Source of the DNA: a virus
IMG/VR virus record: IMGVR_UViG_3300023184_004051
Location: 1-64,000 of that record
DNA: 64,000 nucleotides
Strand: one strand, 5' to 3'
Shown: in pieces, positions 18,607 to 28,284 of the stretch
How the letters are laid out: the number at the start of each line of letters is the position of its first letter
Position numbering within the stretch: the stretch's first letter is position 1
Made by a program: the position numbers and the translations under genes
Notes under the pieces: generated by a model
The model's database searches: none
What the model saw: the letters and a program-made list of their open reading frames with translations, nothing else
What the model was told of the DNA's origin: nothing

Positions 18607-20221
18607 AGAGGTTTTACCACAGGTAGATAACTTCACCGAACTGGGTGCTACAGGTCTGTGGCGCACAGGTGGCTTCGTCATTGACGACATTCTGCCTCAA
18701 CTGCGAGGCAAGCAGGCTCAAATCGCTTACCGCGATATGGCTGAAAACGACCCGATTATTGGCGCAATCCTGTTCGCAATCGAGCGAGTCATCCTTCAGG
18801 TGGACTGGCGTGTAGACCCGTTTGACGACATCACTGACGGCTTGCCTCCTTTGGATGCTGATGTCAAAGCCGCAGCGTTCGTGCAAGAGTGCATTGACGA
18901 TATGAGCCATTCGTGGCACGAGTTGATGATTGCCATCTGCTCGTTCTTGACCTACGGCTGGTCATACTTTGAGATTGTCTACAAACAGCGCAAGGGGCCG
19001 AACCAAAAAGACCCCGCACTGCGTTCCAAGTTTAGTGATAACAAGGTCGGCTGGCGCAAGATTGTGATGCGAGCGCAGGACTCCCTGTGGCAATGGCAGT
19101 TTGACGAAAGCGGCGGCATCAAGGCGATGGTTCAGCGTGACCCCACGACAGGTCGCCTGAATGTCATTCCAATCGAGAAGTCGCTACTTTTCAGAACAAC
19201 CGCCGCTCGTGGAAACCCTGAAGGCCGCTCCATTTTGCGTTCAGCGTTCAAGGCTTGGTATTACAAGCGGCGCATCGAAGAGTTTGAGGCTGTCGGCGTT
19301 GAGCGTGACCTCGCCGGATTGCCTGTCGGTTATGTCCCTGCTGAATGGATGGCATCTACCGCTACGGCTGCTGAAAAGGCTTCATTTTGGGCGATGCAGA
19401 GCATTGTTCGTGGTGTAAAGCGCAACGAGAGCGAAGGCATCATCCTGCCGATGATGTTTGACGAAAACGGCAAGCAACTCGTTGACTTCAAGTTGCTGAA
19501 CTCAGGTGGCAGTCGTCAGTTCCAAACCGGAGCGATTATTGACCGCTACAACAACCAAATCGCAATGACCTGCCTTGCTGACTTCATTATGCTTGGTCAC
19601 GAAAGCGTCGGTTCGTTTGCTCTCGGTGCTTCCAAGATTGACTTGTTTATGGCTGCGGTGGAAAGTTGGGTGCGCCTGATTGCCGAAGTGTTCAACAGCC
19701 ACGCCATTCCACGCCTTATCGCTCTGAACGGCTTGGACACATCTCGTTGCCCCACCCTCACTTACGGTCAGGTGAACGCTATTGACCTGAATGAGTTGGG
19801 TGGCTACCTCTCTAACCTCACTTCAGCACAGTTGCTCACGCCAGACAACAACTTGGAGGAATACCTGCGAGAAATCGCTGGACTGCCCGGCTTCCGCCCC
19901 GATGCCGAGGGAACTGCTGAAAACGCACGCTACGCCGACGGACAAACTGCCCCCGAACAAGCAATGACTGAGCCAAAGAACTTTGTTGGCGTGTCATCAG
20001 CAAGCGCAGGTGCGGTTGCAACTCCAAACCCCGGCACGAAGGTCAAAGCCCCCCAAAATGCACAGGGCGGCAAGAACGACCAAAGTGGCGGTAGTGGAAA
20101 CCAAACGGATATCTCATCTGCCGGATACACGGGAGAAGCACCTCCATCTGAGAAGGGGCCGACGAAAAACACCACCGGACAGAATGGCCCCCTGACGAAC
20201 AATCAAGGCTCAACAACGTGA
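18593..20221 (+). CDS. Portal protein (DUF935/Mu gp29-like)
   Basis: YGWSYFEIVY, NPEGRSILR.A..AW, GVERDLAGLP, GSFALG; low-complexity C-terminal tail. Confidence 0.9.
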   Translation: MPEDKEVLPQVDNFTELGATGLWRTGGFVIDDILPQLRGKQAQIAYRDMAENDPIIGAILFAIERVILQVDWRVDPFDDITDGLPPLDADVKAAAFVQECIDDMSHSWHELMIAICSFLTYGWSYFEIVYKQRKGPNQKDPALRSKFSDNKVGWRKIVMRAQDSLWQWQFDESGGIKAMVQRDPTTGRLNVIPIEKSLLFRTTAARGNPEGRSILRSAFKAWYYKRRIEEFEAVGVERDLAGLPVGYVPAEWMASTATAAEKASFWAMQSIVRGVKRNESEGIILPMMFDENGKQLVDFKLLNSGGSRQFQTGAIIDRYNNQIAMTCLADFIMLGHESVGSFALGASKIDLFMAAVESWVRLIAEVFNSHAIPRLIALNGLDTSRCPTLTYGQVNAIDLNELGGYLSNLTSAQLLTPDNNLEEYLREIAGLPGFRPDAEGTAENARYADGQTAPEQAMTEPKNFVGVSSASAGAVATPNPGTKVKAPQNAQGGKNDQSGGSGNQTDISSAGYTGEAPPSEKGPTKNTTGQNGPLTNNQGSTT

Positions 20222-20322
20222 CCCTCCGTATTCGCAAGACCAAATCATCTAAGCCGAAAGGCAAGCCTGTATTCCGAGCGACGACGGGTATGCCTACGCC
20301 ATCACCAAAGCGCGGCAAATAA
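20218..20322 (+). CDS. 34-aa basic peptide (not in ORF track)
   Basis: GTGA overlap with the portal stop; MTLRIRKTKSSKPKGKPVFRATTGMPTPSPKRGK. Confidence 0.4.
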   Translation: MTLRIRKTKSSKPKGKPVFRATTGMPTPSPKRGK

Positions 20323-20381
20323 CTAAACAGAGTTTTGGAAAGCGTGGAGTAGCATCTATGTCAAAGCGTCAGGGGAACTAA

Positions 20382-22463
20382 ATGGAACAAATGAACGTCA
20401 TTTCTGCCATCACGGATATTGACCTTTCCGAAGTTATGGTGAACCCCGCATTGCCAACTGATGTGTGCGAAGCGGCAGGCGAACTGCTGAAAAAGGGTTG
20501 CTACAACGCAGACCTCCTTGCAATCTCCGACGAGGAAGGCGACACCTCTCTCGTCATCGTTCCAAACTGGCCGACGAGAAAGCGTCTATTCCGTTCCGCC
20601 CCTAGTGAAATCCTTTCCCCCGATGCAGAGCGTCGTTTGATTTCTCGCAACATCGCTAAGGGACTTGCCGACGAAGCCCACCCCTTCACCAAGAGTGTCA
20701 ACGACTTCGGCGGCGCTCACCCCTGCACCGTTTGTGGTTCAGTTTTGGAAAAGTCAATGTGCGAGCCTTTGGACAAAGCCATCGGCTTCCCTTTCACCTT
20801 CGCTATGTCCCCCGTTTCCCCTGATGAGAACGACATTGTTGAGGATGAGAGTTCAGAGGACAGCACGACGGACGGTGCGGTTCAGGTGAAACTTGACCCA
20901 GCAACCGTCGCCGCAATCCTTCAAGCGGTTCAGGCAGCGAATGGTGATGAGGACAGTTCCTCGTCAAGCACTTCCTCGTCGTCATCCTCGTCTAGTGAAA
21001 TGGATGGGGAGAGTTCGTCAAGCAGTTCATCGGTTGATGACAGTGACATCTTGGGTGAAAACTGGAAAGACGGTCTTGACCCTTGGCAGGTTCAACTTGC
21101 TGAAAGCCTTGACGAAATGGTTGAGGATATGGGTCGTGTTCCGACCACCGACGCTTCATACACAGATGTTTCACCATACGCAGGGCAGAACTGTGGCACT
21201 TGCATCGCAATGGGCGAAAGCGGTTGCGATTGGGTTGCTGTTTCTTGCTCGCCTGAGGGTTGGTGCAAGTTCAATGTGACCCCTGTTCTCCTTCGTGCGG
21301 CTGGTGAAAACGAGCAGTATTACAAGGCTCGCAAGGCGGCATCGCCAGATGAGCAAAAGGCAGCGCCCGAAGTTTCACCAGAGAAGCAAGACACTTCCGA
21401 GGACACGAGCGACGAAAGCACTTCGTCAGGCGGTCAAGACCTCGCCCAAGGTGAAATCGAGAAGGGTGGTCCCGGTTCAGGCCCACAACCCGGTCACGCC
21501 TTTTATGGCAACCAATACCAAGCCGGTTCAGGTGGCGGTGGTGGAGCCGACAACTGGGGCGACAAGAACAATAGTGAAAAAGCCTTAGCGGATGTAAAGG
21601 CTGCCGATTACTTGACCGTTTGGTCTGACGGTCCAATGACCGACACCGCAGCAAAGGTGATGGAAGCCGAAAGTCGCCACCCTGATATGGAAGCGGCATA
21701 CCAAGGCAAAGAGACAATGAGCAACGATGAGCGTTCAGCAGATGCCATTCCAAAATGGCTCGTGAACCAAGCGACTCCTAGAGATTTGGACATTTTGACT
21801 GACCACAACTTCCACTCGTCAGTTCGCTACATCCAATCCCAACGACCTGACCTCGTTGCCAAGTCGGTTGGTGAAATCCAAAAGGACAGCCCAACCGTTG
21901 AGGGCGTTCACGTTGATGGCGTTATTGGCGCAGTTGGTGTTTTGCCAAAGTTCGTTCCTGTTGAGTTGGACATCATTGAGGAACAGCAGCCCGAAGTCCT
22001 CGTTGCCGCCAAGTCTGCTGAAATCCCCGGCACAATCCAAAAGTCAGATGAAAAGCGATACACGCTCGGCCCTTGGTATGTTCCAAACCAGAAAGACGCT
22101 CACGGAGAGTGGACTGACCCTGAGGAACTCCAAAAGGCACTTTGGGGCTATGTCGAGAGCGGTGACCGTGACATCCGACTTCAGCACAATGTCAATGTCG
22201 TTGCCGGTAAGTGGGTAGAAGCAATGATGTGGCCTCACGCAGTTGAGGTTCCAATGCTGAAAGCCGACACGCAAGAAATCGTCAAGACCACTTTCCCCGC
22301 CGGAACTGCCTTCTTGGGTGTTCAGTGGGAGCCTTGGGCTTGGGAACTCGTCAAGAAGGGCGAAATCCGAGGTTTCAGCATCGGTGGCACAGGCTCACCT
22401 ATTGAGGTTGACCTGCCATCGGAGTTTGACGACCCCAACCATTTCCCGTTGTTTGGGAAGTAA
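20382..22463 (+). CDS. Multidomain prohead protease (C-terminal XkdF/Peptidase_S78_2-like domain)
   Basis: EKRYTLGPWYVP...DAHGEW...LQH...W..VKKGEIRGFSIGG; also a Ser-rich run, a HiPIP-like Cys motif and one GHxFxGNQY tag. Confidence 0.85.
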   Translation: MEQMNVISAITDIDLSEVMVNPALPTDVCEAAGELLKKGCYNADLLAISDEEGDTSLVIVPNWPTRKRLFRSAPSEILSPDAERRLISRNIAKGLADEAHPFTKSVNDFGGAHPCTVCGSVLEKSMCEPLDKAIGFPFTFAMSPVSPDENDIVEDESSEDSTTDGAVQVKLDPATVAAILQAVQAANGDEDSSSSSTSSSSSSSSEMDGESSSSSSSVDDSDILGENWKDGLDPWQVQLAESLDEMVEDMGRVPTTDASYTDVSPYAGQNCGTCIAMGESGCDWVAVSCSPEGWCKFNVTPVLLRAAGENEQYYKARKAASPDEQKAAPEVSPEKQDTSEDTSDESTSSGGQDLAQGEIEKGGPGSGPQPGHAFYGNQYQAGSGGGGGADNWGDKNNSEKALADVKAADYLTVWSDGPMTDTAAKVMEAESRHPDMEAAYQGKETMSNDERSADAIPKWLVNQATPRDLDILTDHNFHSSVRYIQSQRPDLVAKSVGEIQKDSPTVEGVHVDGVIGAVGVLPKFVPVELDIIEEQQPEVLVAAKSAEIPGTIQKSDEKRYTLGPWYVPNQKDAHGEWTDPEELQKALWGYVESGDRDIRLQHNVNVVAGKWVEAMMWPHAVEVPMLKADTQEIVKTTFPAGTAFLGVQWEPWAWELVKKGEIRGFSIGGTGSPIEVDLPSEFDDPNHFPLFGK

Positions 22464-22469
22464 TCCCAA

Positions 22470-24377
22470 ATGCCACAGCCGCCCGATTTCACTACCGACG
22501 GTTTGCTCAACAAAGCGAACTCCGGCTTAGAGCCTCCACGCACGAAGCAACCTCTAAAAATCACCGACAGCCACCCTCAGTCAAACGGTGCAGTTTGGAT
22601 GTCATCGGGGCAAGCGCCACGCATCGGTGGTGGAACTGTGTCGTTCAAGGATGTGAGCGGCCCCGGCACTCCCTCGCACCCGATTTGGACTGTCACGAAG
22701 CCGGATGGTGAAAAGACGGTCTTTGAGGGTCTAGGCATCAAAGATGGCAGACCTACCGGGATTGACGCAAGCGGTCACGGCAACTTTCAGGCGACCATCA
22801 CCAAGCCAAATGGCGAGAAGGAAGTTATCCATCAGCAAGGCGCTACAGGAACTCACACTCGCTTCAATGCTCGTGGTCAACTTGTGACCCGTTTCACCAC
22901 AGGGGCAGGTCGCTTTACGGGTCGTGTGACAGGCGCTCACGCACCGGCGGTCAGCAATGGAAAACACGCCTTCCACGGCAATCAGTTCACCGCCCACGGC
23001 ACAGATGTTCCGGTGCAAGGCCCCCAAGCAAGAAACAAGTCAGTTGACGCAAATACACCCGAAAGGCCCCTAATGCTAAACGATAGTGAAACCCTCCAAT
23101 GGCTCCGCAAAGCGATGGACACTCCAAAATACCCAGATGTCCAAATGCCAAACAACTTGAACAGCACCAACAACTTCGTTGAGCGTGCAAAGGTGCTAGA
23201 GGCAAAGGCTCGCATCCTTGACGATATGCACGAGAACCGTGCTTTTGATGGTCGTGAACCATTCACCGACGAGGACTACGCCGCTTTTTCAGCGGCCCAC
23301 AAGGACTTGGCAGACTCCCACCGTGTTCTCGGAGAGGACTTGAAGGCAGCAATGCCTGATGCACTCCAAGCGATTTCAGCACACGGCAACGCAATGGCCT
23401 ACCACAACGGGGCTTCCAAACTTGCCGAAATGATGGAACCATCTGCTGAACTTGGCGAACGCAATCTGATGTGGCCGCATATGGACAGCAACCAGTTCCG
23501 TTTTGGACACAAAGGCCCTTGGGACACCGAGGAAAAGAACTGGCGAAAGGCTCACCAAGCGTTCATCGCCTCACAATACGCAGCCCGTCAAACCGCTTTT
23601 GACACGGGTGTAGTGGAAAAGGGTATGGATGAGAGCCTTGCCGACATCCTTCGTCACGACAAGGGCCACGATGACTGGCACGCAATGCACGGTGATGAGC
23701 CTTGCACTTCAGAAGCCGACTGCGCCGCTAAGCGAGCCAAGTATGCCGAGGTGAAAGCCGAGGAAGCAGCAAGTGTTTCCAAAGGTGGCCCAGAGGAAGC
23801 CCCACGCCGAGGCAAATACACGATGCGTGATGCCCAGATGAAGTATCTGCGAGAGCGTATGGCGGAGCGCAGGGCTTCTGGTGAAAAGGCAGGCGATGAG
23901 GGTCGGGGAACCGGCTCACACACCGTTGGCGACTTCCCCGGACACCCATTCCGAGGCAACCAATACTCCAAGTCAGTTGAAGTGGTGGAAAAGGGCGATG
24001 TCCCCGGTCACATTTTCCACGGCAACCAATACATCACAGGAACCACCTCAATCCCTGACAACGTTGGTGGTCGTGACTTTGATGCCAAGTCCACCCTTGG
24101 TCAAATCGGGCAAATGAACATCCTGAGCGTGAGTGGTGGAAAAGTCCACTCTATTCACGACACTGATGGTGCAGTCGTAGGTTTGGAACTCCCCGTCAGC
24201 AGCGGCTACAAGGTGCGTGTTTTCCTCGCAGATGACGACACCTACACCGTTCAGCGTGTCCACCGTGACAATGTGAAGGGTGAGCAAACGGGCGTGTATG
24301 CCGACGAGGTTGGTGAAAGCGTCTACCAAGCCGGTATGTACAAGTCCAATCCATTCGGCGGACACTCTCCCCGATAA
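22470..24377 (+). CDS. Modular putative capsid-internal polyprotein (3 GHxFxGNQ tags)
   Basis: Tags at about 22959, 23928 and 23991; His-rich helical segment; distinct C-terminal domain. Confidence 0.75.
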   Translation: MPQPPDFTTDGLLNKANSGLEPPRTKQPLKITDSHPQSNGAVWMSSGQAPRIGGGTVSFKDVSGPGTPSHPIWTVTKPDGEKTVFEGLGIKDGRPTGIDASGHGNFQATITKPNGEKEVIHQQGATGTHTRFNARGQLVTRFTTGAGRFTGRVTGAHAPAVSNGKHAFHGNQFTAHGTDVPVQGPQARNKSVDANTPERPLMLNDSETLQWLRKAMDTPKYPDVQMPNNLNSTNNFVERAKVLEAKARILDDMHENRAFDGREPFTDEDYAAFSAAHKDLADSHRVLGEDLKAAMPDALQAISAHGNAMAYHNGASKLAEMMEPSAELGERNLMWPHMDSNQFRFGHKGPWDTEEKNWRKAHQAFIASQYAARQTAFDTGVVEKGMDESLADILRHDKGHDDWHAMHGDEPCTSEADCAAKRAKYAEVKAEEAASVSKGGPEEAPRRGKYTMRDAQMKYLRERMAERRASGEKAGDEGRGTGSHTVGDFPGHPFRGNQYSKSVEVVEKGDVPGHIFHGNQYITGTTSIPDNVGGRDFDAKSTLGQIGQMNILSVSGGKVHSIHDTDGAVVGLELPVSSGYKVRVFLADDDTYTVQRVHRDNVKGEQTGVYADEVGESVYQAGMYKSNPFGGHSPR

Positions 24378-24439
24378 ACCAACTTTTAGAAATAGTGGGA
24401 TAGCATTATCCCCATAAGCCTCTACGAAAGGTAGAACCT

Positions 24440-25195
24440 ATGTCAGAAATCAGCAACGCAGATGTGGCCGAATGGGTCGTTTCATTTTGGAAGCAAGCCC
24501 CTAGTGAAATCGCCAAGGGAGGCCCCGGTTCTGGCGAGGGTCCCGGACACCCATTTCGAGGCAACCGCTACACGGGTGGCGTTCAGTCTGCCGGTCACCA
24601 CGAAATGCGTGAACACTCTCGTGGCTGGGGTCACGGTCAGCATATGACCGGCGCTGCCGCTCGTATCGCCGCAGGTCGTGTTGCGCTTGCTCACGGTGAC
24701 CACGGACAGGCTCGCGAACACTTCAACGAAGCCGCCTTCCACGCTTCACAGGCTTCATCACAAATCGCTCACGGCGCTGGTAGCCGTGAACTTGGTCACC
24801 ACGCAGAGGCCCTGTATCACGCTGCTCACCACGCTGGCGATGCTGCTGAAAAGGCTGGCTACTTGACCAACCGCCACGGCGAGGCTATTGGCAATGGCCG
24901 TGAAACCACTGTTGTGACCCGTGACCAACTGCTGAACACTGAGGCTGGTCGTGCCGTTGGCTCAACAAGCAACTTTGACCGTGGTGGTCGCTTCGGCCCC
25001 GTTGACACTCGCCTCATCCCTGAGGGTCGCTCAACTGACCGTGTTCTTACGACGGCTGAACTTAGCAATGCCGCCCAAGGCGCTCGTGACAACGCTGAGC
25101 GTGCCGCCAACCTTGCCGGTGCTGCCTCGCACGCTGCGACTTCTGCTCGTGGCTTGATGAGTCCAACCGCTATGGGTCGCGCAGCCGGTCAATAA
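24440..25195 (+). CDS. Tagged His/Ala-rich protein
   Basis: AKGGPGSGEGPGHPFRGNRY followed by HxxAAxxH helices. Confidence 0.75.
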   Translation: MSEISNADVAEWVVSFWKQAPSEIAKGGPGSGEGPGHPFRGNRYTGGVQSAGHHEMREHSRGWGHGQHMTGAAARIAAGRVALAHGDHGQAREHFNEAAFHASQASSQIAHGAGSRELGHHAEALYHAAHHAGDAAEKAGYLTNRHGEAIGNGRETTVVTRDQLLNTEAGRAVGSTSNFDRGGRFGPVDTRLIPEGRSTDRVLTTAELSNAAQGARDNAERAANLAGAASHAATSARGLMSPTAMGRAAGQ

Positions 25196-25207
25196 GGGAT
25201 TTCACTA

Positions 25208-25666
25208 ATGAACATTTCCAAAGAAGGTGCTGGCGCTTTGGCATCAGCACTTGCTACTTGCCTTGCAAACGCAACGATTATGTATCACCGCGTTCACGGC
25301 TTTCATTGGAATGTCGTTGGCCCAGACTTTCCGCAATGGCACGACAAGTTTGCTGAAATCTACGATGATGTCTACGGCTCACTTGACCCCATTGCTGAAA
25401 ACATCCGCAAAATCGGTGGCGTAGCCCCATTCCGCTTGTCGGACTTGGCTGTGCGCGCCACCGTTGCTGATGACAATGTTGGCGATTACTCGCCACAAAG
25501 CCTTATCGGTAGTTTGCTTTCCACCAATGCTGGCGTTTTGGACAGTCTTGACCGGGCTTTCCAAATCGCCACCGACACTAATCAGCAAGGCATTGCCAAC
25601 TTCATTGCAGAGCGCATTGACGCTCACCAGAAATGGAACTGGCAACTGTCTGTCTCTAGGGGATAA
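25208..25666 (+). CDS. dps: Dps / ferritin-like DNA protection protein
   Basis: HGFHWNVVGPDFPQWHDKFAEIY...D.IAENIR...HQKWNWQL. Confidence 0.92.
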   Translation: MNISKEGAGALASALATCLANATIMYHRVHGFHWNVVGPDFPQWHDKFAEIYDDVYGSLDPIAENIRKIGGVAPFRLSDLAVRATVADDNVGDYSPQSLIGSLLSTNAGVLDSLDRAFQIATDTNQQGIANFIAERIDAHQKWNWQLSVSRG

Positions 25667-25672
25667 CACCAA

Positions 25673-27610
25673 ATGGACAATCTTGACCAGTCAATCATTT
25701 CGTGGGTCATCAAGACCGTCGGCTTCGTCACCAAAGGCGGGCCTGAGGATACCCCTGAGGGCGGCAAGATGTCTTGGCAAGAGTGGAAACTCAAACGATA
25801 TGCCGAGCGGCGCACCGCAGAGCGGCGTGCGCGCTACGCCAACAACTCATCAGGCGGACACACCGTTGGTGATTATCCGGGTCATCCCTTCCGTGGGAAC
25901 CAATACCAAAAGGCCCTTACTGAAATCTTGAAGGGCGACTTGCCCGGTCACACTTTCCGAGGCAACCAATGGACTTCCCTTGGTGGTAAAGCCGATGCAC
26001 TTAGCGGTGCAGTTCAGAAGTTGTCTCTCAGTTCCACCCCAGAGGAAATCCGTAGTCTTGCTCGTGTTCACCAAGGGCTTGCGTTTCAACACGTCAACGT
26101 TGTCTCACAACACGAGGAAATGCCTTACCTGACGACCCCGCAGGAAATCGGTGCTGAAGCCCACCAAGACCTTACGAACAGTTCTTCGATTGCACAAGGC
26201 GTTCACGACGAAGCCGCCGAAGCCCACCAACACGCCGCCGCAGAACTCAACCACGTTGCTGAAATGATAGAAAGCGGCAGAAGTCAGGGAAGTTTGCGCC
26301 TCGCAATGGCTACGGCTAAGGGAGCAAGTCTTTTAGCCGCCGATGCCAGCCGTGAAGGTGACAAAACCGCATTGCCTCACCCTGTAGGCGACCCAGAGTT
26401 CCGTGACCACGAGGCCAAGATGGATGCTGAAATGGAAGCGGAATACCAAGCGAAGTTTGGCAAGTCCGTTGATTTCACTAAGGGCGACCTCCCCGGACAC
26501 CCTTTTAGAGGGAACCAATACGCCACTGGTCAAGAGTTGTCAGACAAGGCAACTAACCTCCGCAACACCGTTGAGAGGGGCATTGACCCTTACAGCGCCA
26601 ACCAATATTCGGTCACATCTTTTCACAACGATATTGCCGACAGGCATCAAAACTTGGCCGCAGACCACAGAGAAGCCGCTGAAGCACTACAACAGTTGCA
26701 AAGTCAAGTAGCGAATGAGGGGAATGTCGCTTTGACGGAACACCTCACCCGTGAAATCGGGAGCCACAGAGAGGCCGCCGCTATTCACCAACTTGCCGCC
26801 GACAACCACGACAAAGTGATTGACGCTGCAATCAACCCTCGTGGTGCTGATTGGTCACAACAAGCGGATGCTGCTGCCGATGCCACCCGTGCCGCTGACC
26901 GTGCTAGCGCAAAGGCGGCAATCGTAGAGAGACAAAGAGCAATGATGCCAACGCTAAAGTCAATCTCTTTCACTAAAGGCGATTATCCGGGACACCCTTT
27001 TCGTGGCAACCAATACAGTCACGGTGAAGCCGCCGCCGCTTTGCGTGACCTTGCTAAATCAGCACGAGCCGCCAATGCGAAGTCTCGCCTAAAGACCGAT
27101 GTTTTGGGCATTTCCGGCGCACGCTCGGACAAGACGGGGAACTACAACCGTAGCGTTCCCACCTACTCAACGCCTCGCTACCTGCAAAGCCAGACGGAGA
27201 ACGCAAAGGAACACAACGAATACATTGCCTCTCACGCCGAAGCCCTTGCAAAGCGTATTGAGAGCGACACTTCCAAGCCAGTAGAGCAGCACATTGCTGA
27301 TTTACAAGATGCCGTCAGTGGCTTGCGTAGTCAGGGTCAGTTCCACACCAGCGTTGACAACTACGACACGGGTGGCAACTACTACCGTTCAGCAAACGCA
27401 GGACAAGGCATTGTTGACCACCTCTCGGGTATGAAGTCTGAAGCACCGGCTTCCGAGCCTGACGAGCCACAGTATGCAGGTGGCACGACTAGTGAAATCG
27501 CCGCAGGGCTTCAAGAAGGTATCCGTAGTGGGCGTATTAGCACCCCAATGGATATGGATAACTACCTTTACGAGAGCGGCTTTGACGGCGACCCAACCGA
27601 ACTGTTCTAG
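25673..27610 (+). CDS. Modular putative capsid-internal polyprotein (4 tags)
   Basis: Tags at 25868, 25931, 26480 and 26975; the last three precede His/Ala-rich helical modules. Confidence 0.78.
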   Translation: MDNLDQSIISWVIKTVGFVTKGGPEDTPEGGKMSWQEWKLKRYAERRTAERRARYANNSSGGHTVGDYPGHPFRGNQYQKALTEILKGDLPGHTFRGNQWTSLGGKADALSGAVQKLSLSSTPEEIRSLARVHQGLAFQHVNVVSQHEEMPYLTTPQEIGAEAHQDLTNSSSIAQGVHDEAAEAHQHAAAELNHVAEMIESGRSQGSLRLAMATAKGASLLAADASREGDKTALPHPVGDPEFRDHEAKMDAEMEAEYQAKFGKSVDFTKGDLPGHPFRGNQYATGQELSDKATNLRNTVERGIDPYSANQYSVTSFHNDIADRHQNLAADHREAAEALQQLQSQVANEGNVALTEHLTREIGSHREAAAIHQLAADNHDKVIDAAINPRGADWSQQADAAADATRAADRASAKAAIVERQRAMMPTLKSISFTKGDYPGHPFRGNQYSHGEAAAALRDLAKSARAANAKSRLKTDVLGISGARSDKTGNYNRSVPTYSTPRYLQSQTENAKEHNEYIASHAEALAKRIESDTSKPVEQHIADLQDAVSGLRSQGQFHTSVDNYDTGGNYYRSANAGQGIVDHLSGMKSEAPASEPDEPQYAGGTTSEIAAGLQEGIRSGRISTPMDMDNYLYESGFDGDPTELF

Positions 27611-27619
27611 GAGAACTAA

Positions 27620-28216
27620 ATGAGCAACCCTTTTCACCCCGACAGCCTTGACCCAATCGGCGCTGAGGCTATGCGTATTCTCAAAGGCGATTATCCGGGA
27701 CACCCATTTCGGGGTAATCAGTACACCGAAGGCTCGCTCTCGGATACCTCAACACGCTTATCCTCATTTGTGGCTAAAAACCGTAGCAACCTTTCACCTT
27801 CGGATGCACAGGACATTGCAGACAGCCACGATGCACACGCCGAGATGCACGGCTTTGCCGCCAAGCAACTTCGTGACCACATAGATGCGATTACCTCGCC
27901 AGAGAACCTTCACCGTGACGGTGAGGCAACCAAGGCGCAGGTTCAGGCCACGCTGAAGCAAGCCGCCGAACTCACCAAGGCAGCCGAAGCCCACGAAAAG
28001 GCGGCGGATGCACACGGCAAAGCCAGCGACACGGTGCTGAAATCACAGGGCGAGTGGGGTGGTCGTTTGGGTGTAAACGAAAAAGCCCCGACTACTTCGC
28101 AAGTTTCTGCCGCTTCTAGTGCCGCTTCCAAAGCCTCTGTTGCTGCTGAAAACATTGTTCCCTTCCCAGATGCCGGAGTTCAGTTGCCACTTGGCGCTCC
28201 CTACTACGGCGGATAG
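27620..28216 (+). CDS. Tagged His/Ala-rich protein
   Basis: LKGDYPGHPFRGNQY; AAEAHEKAADAHGKA. Confidence 0.75.
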   Translation: MSNPFHPDSLDPIGAEAMRILKGDYPGHPFRGNQYTEGSLSDTSTRLSSFVAKNRSNLSPSDAQDIADSHDAHAEMHGFAAKQLRDHIDAITSPENLHRDGEATKAQVQATLKQAAELTKAAEAHEKAADAHGKASDTVLKSQGEWGGRLGVNEKAPTTSQVSAASSAASKASVAAENIVPFPDAGVQLPLGAPYYGG

Positions 28217-28284
28217 CGGTACGCAGTACAAGTATTTCCAAATAACGGTGTAGCATTTCAGCAGAACCCGAAAGGATTAGCCAT

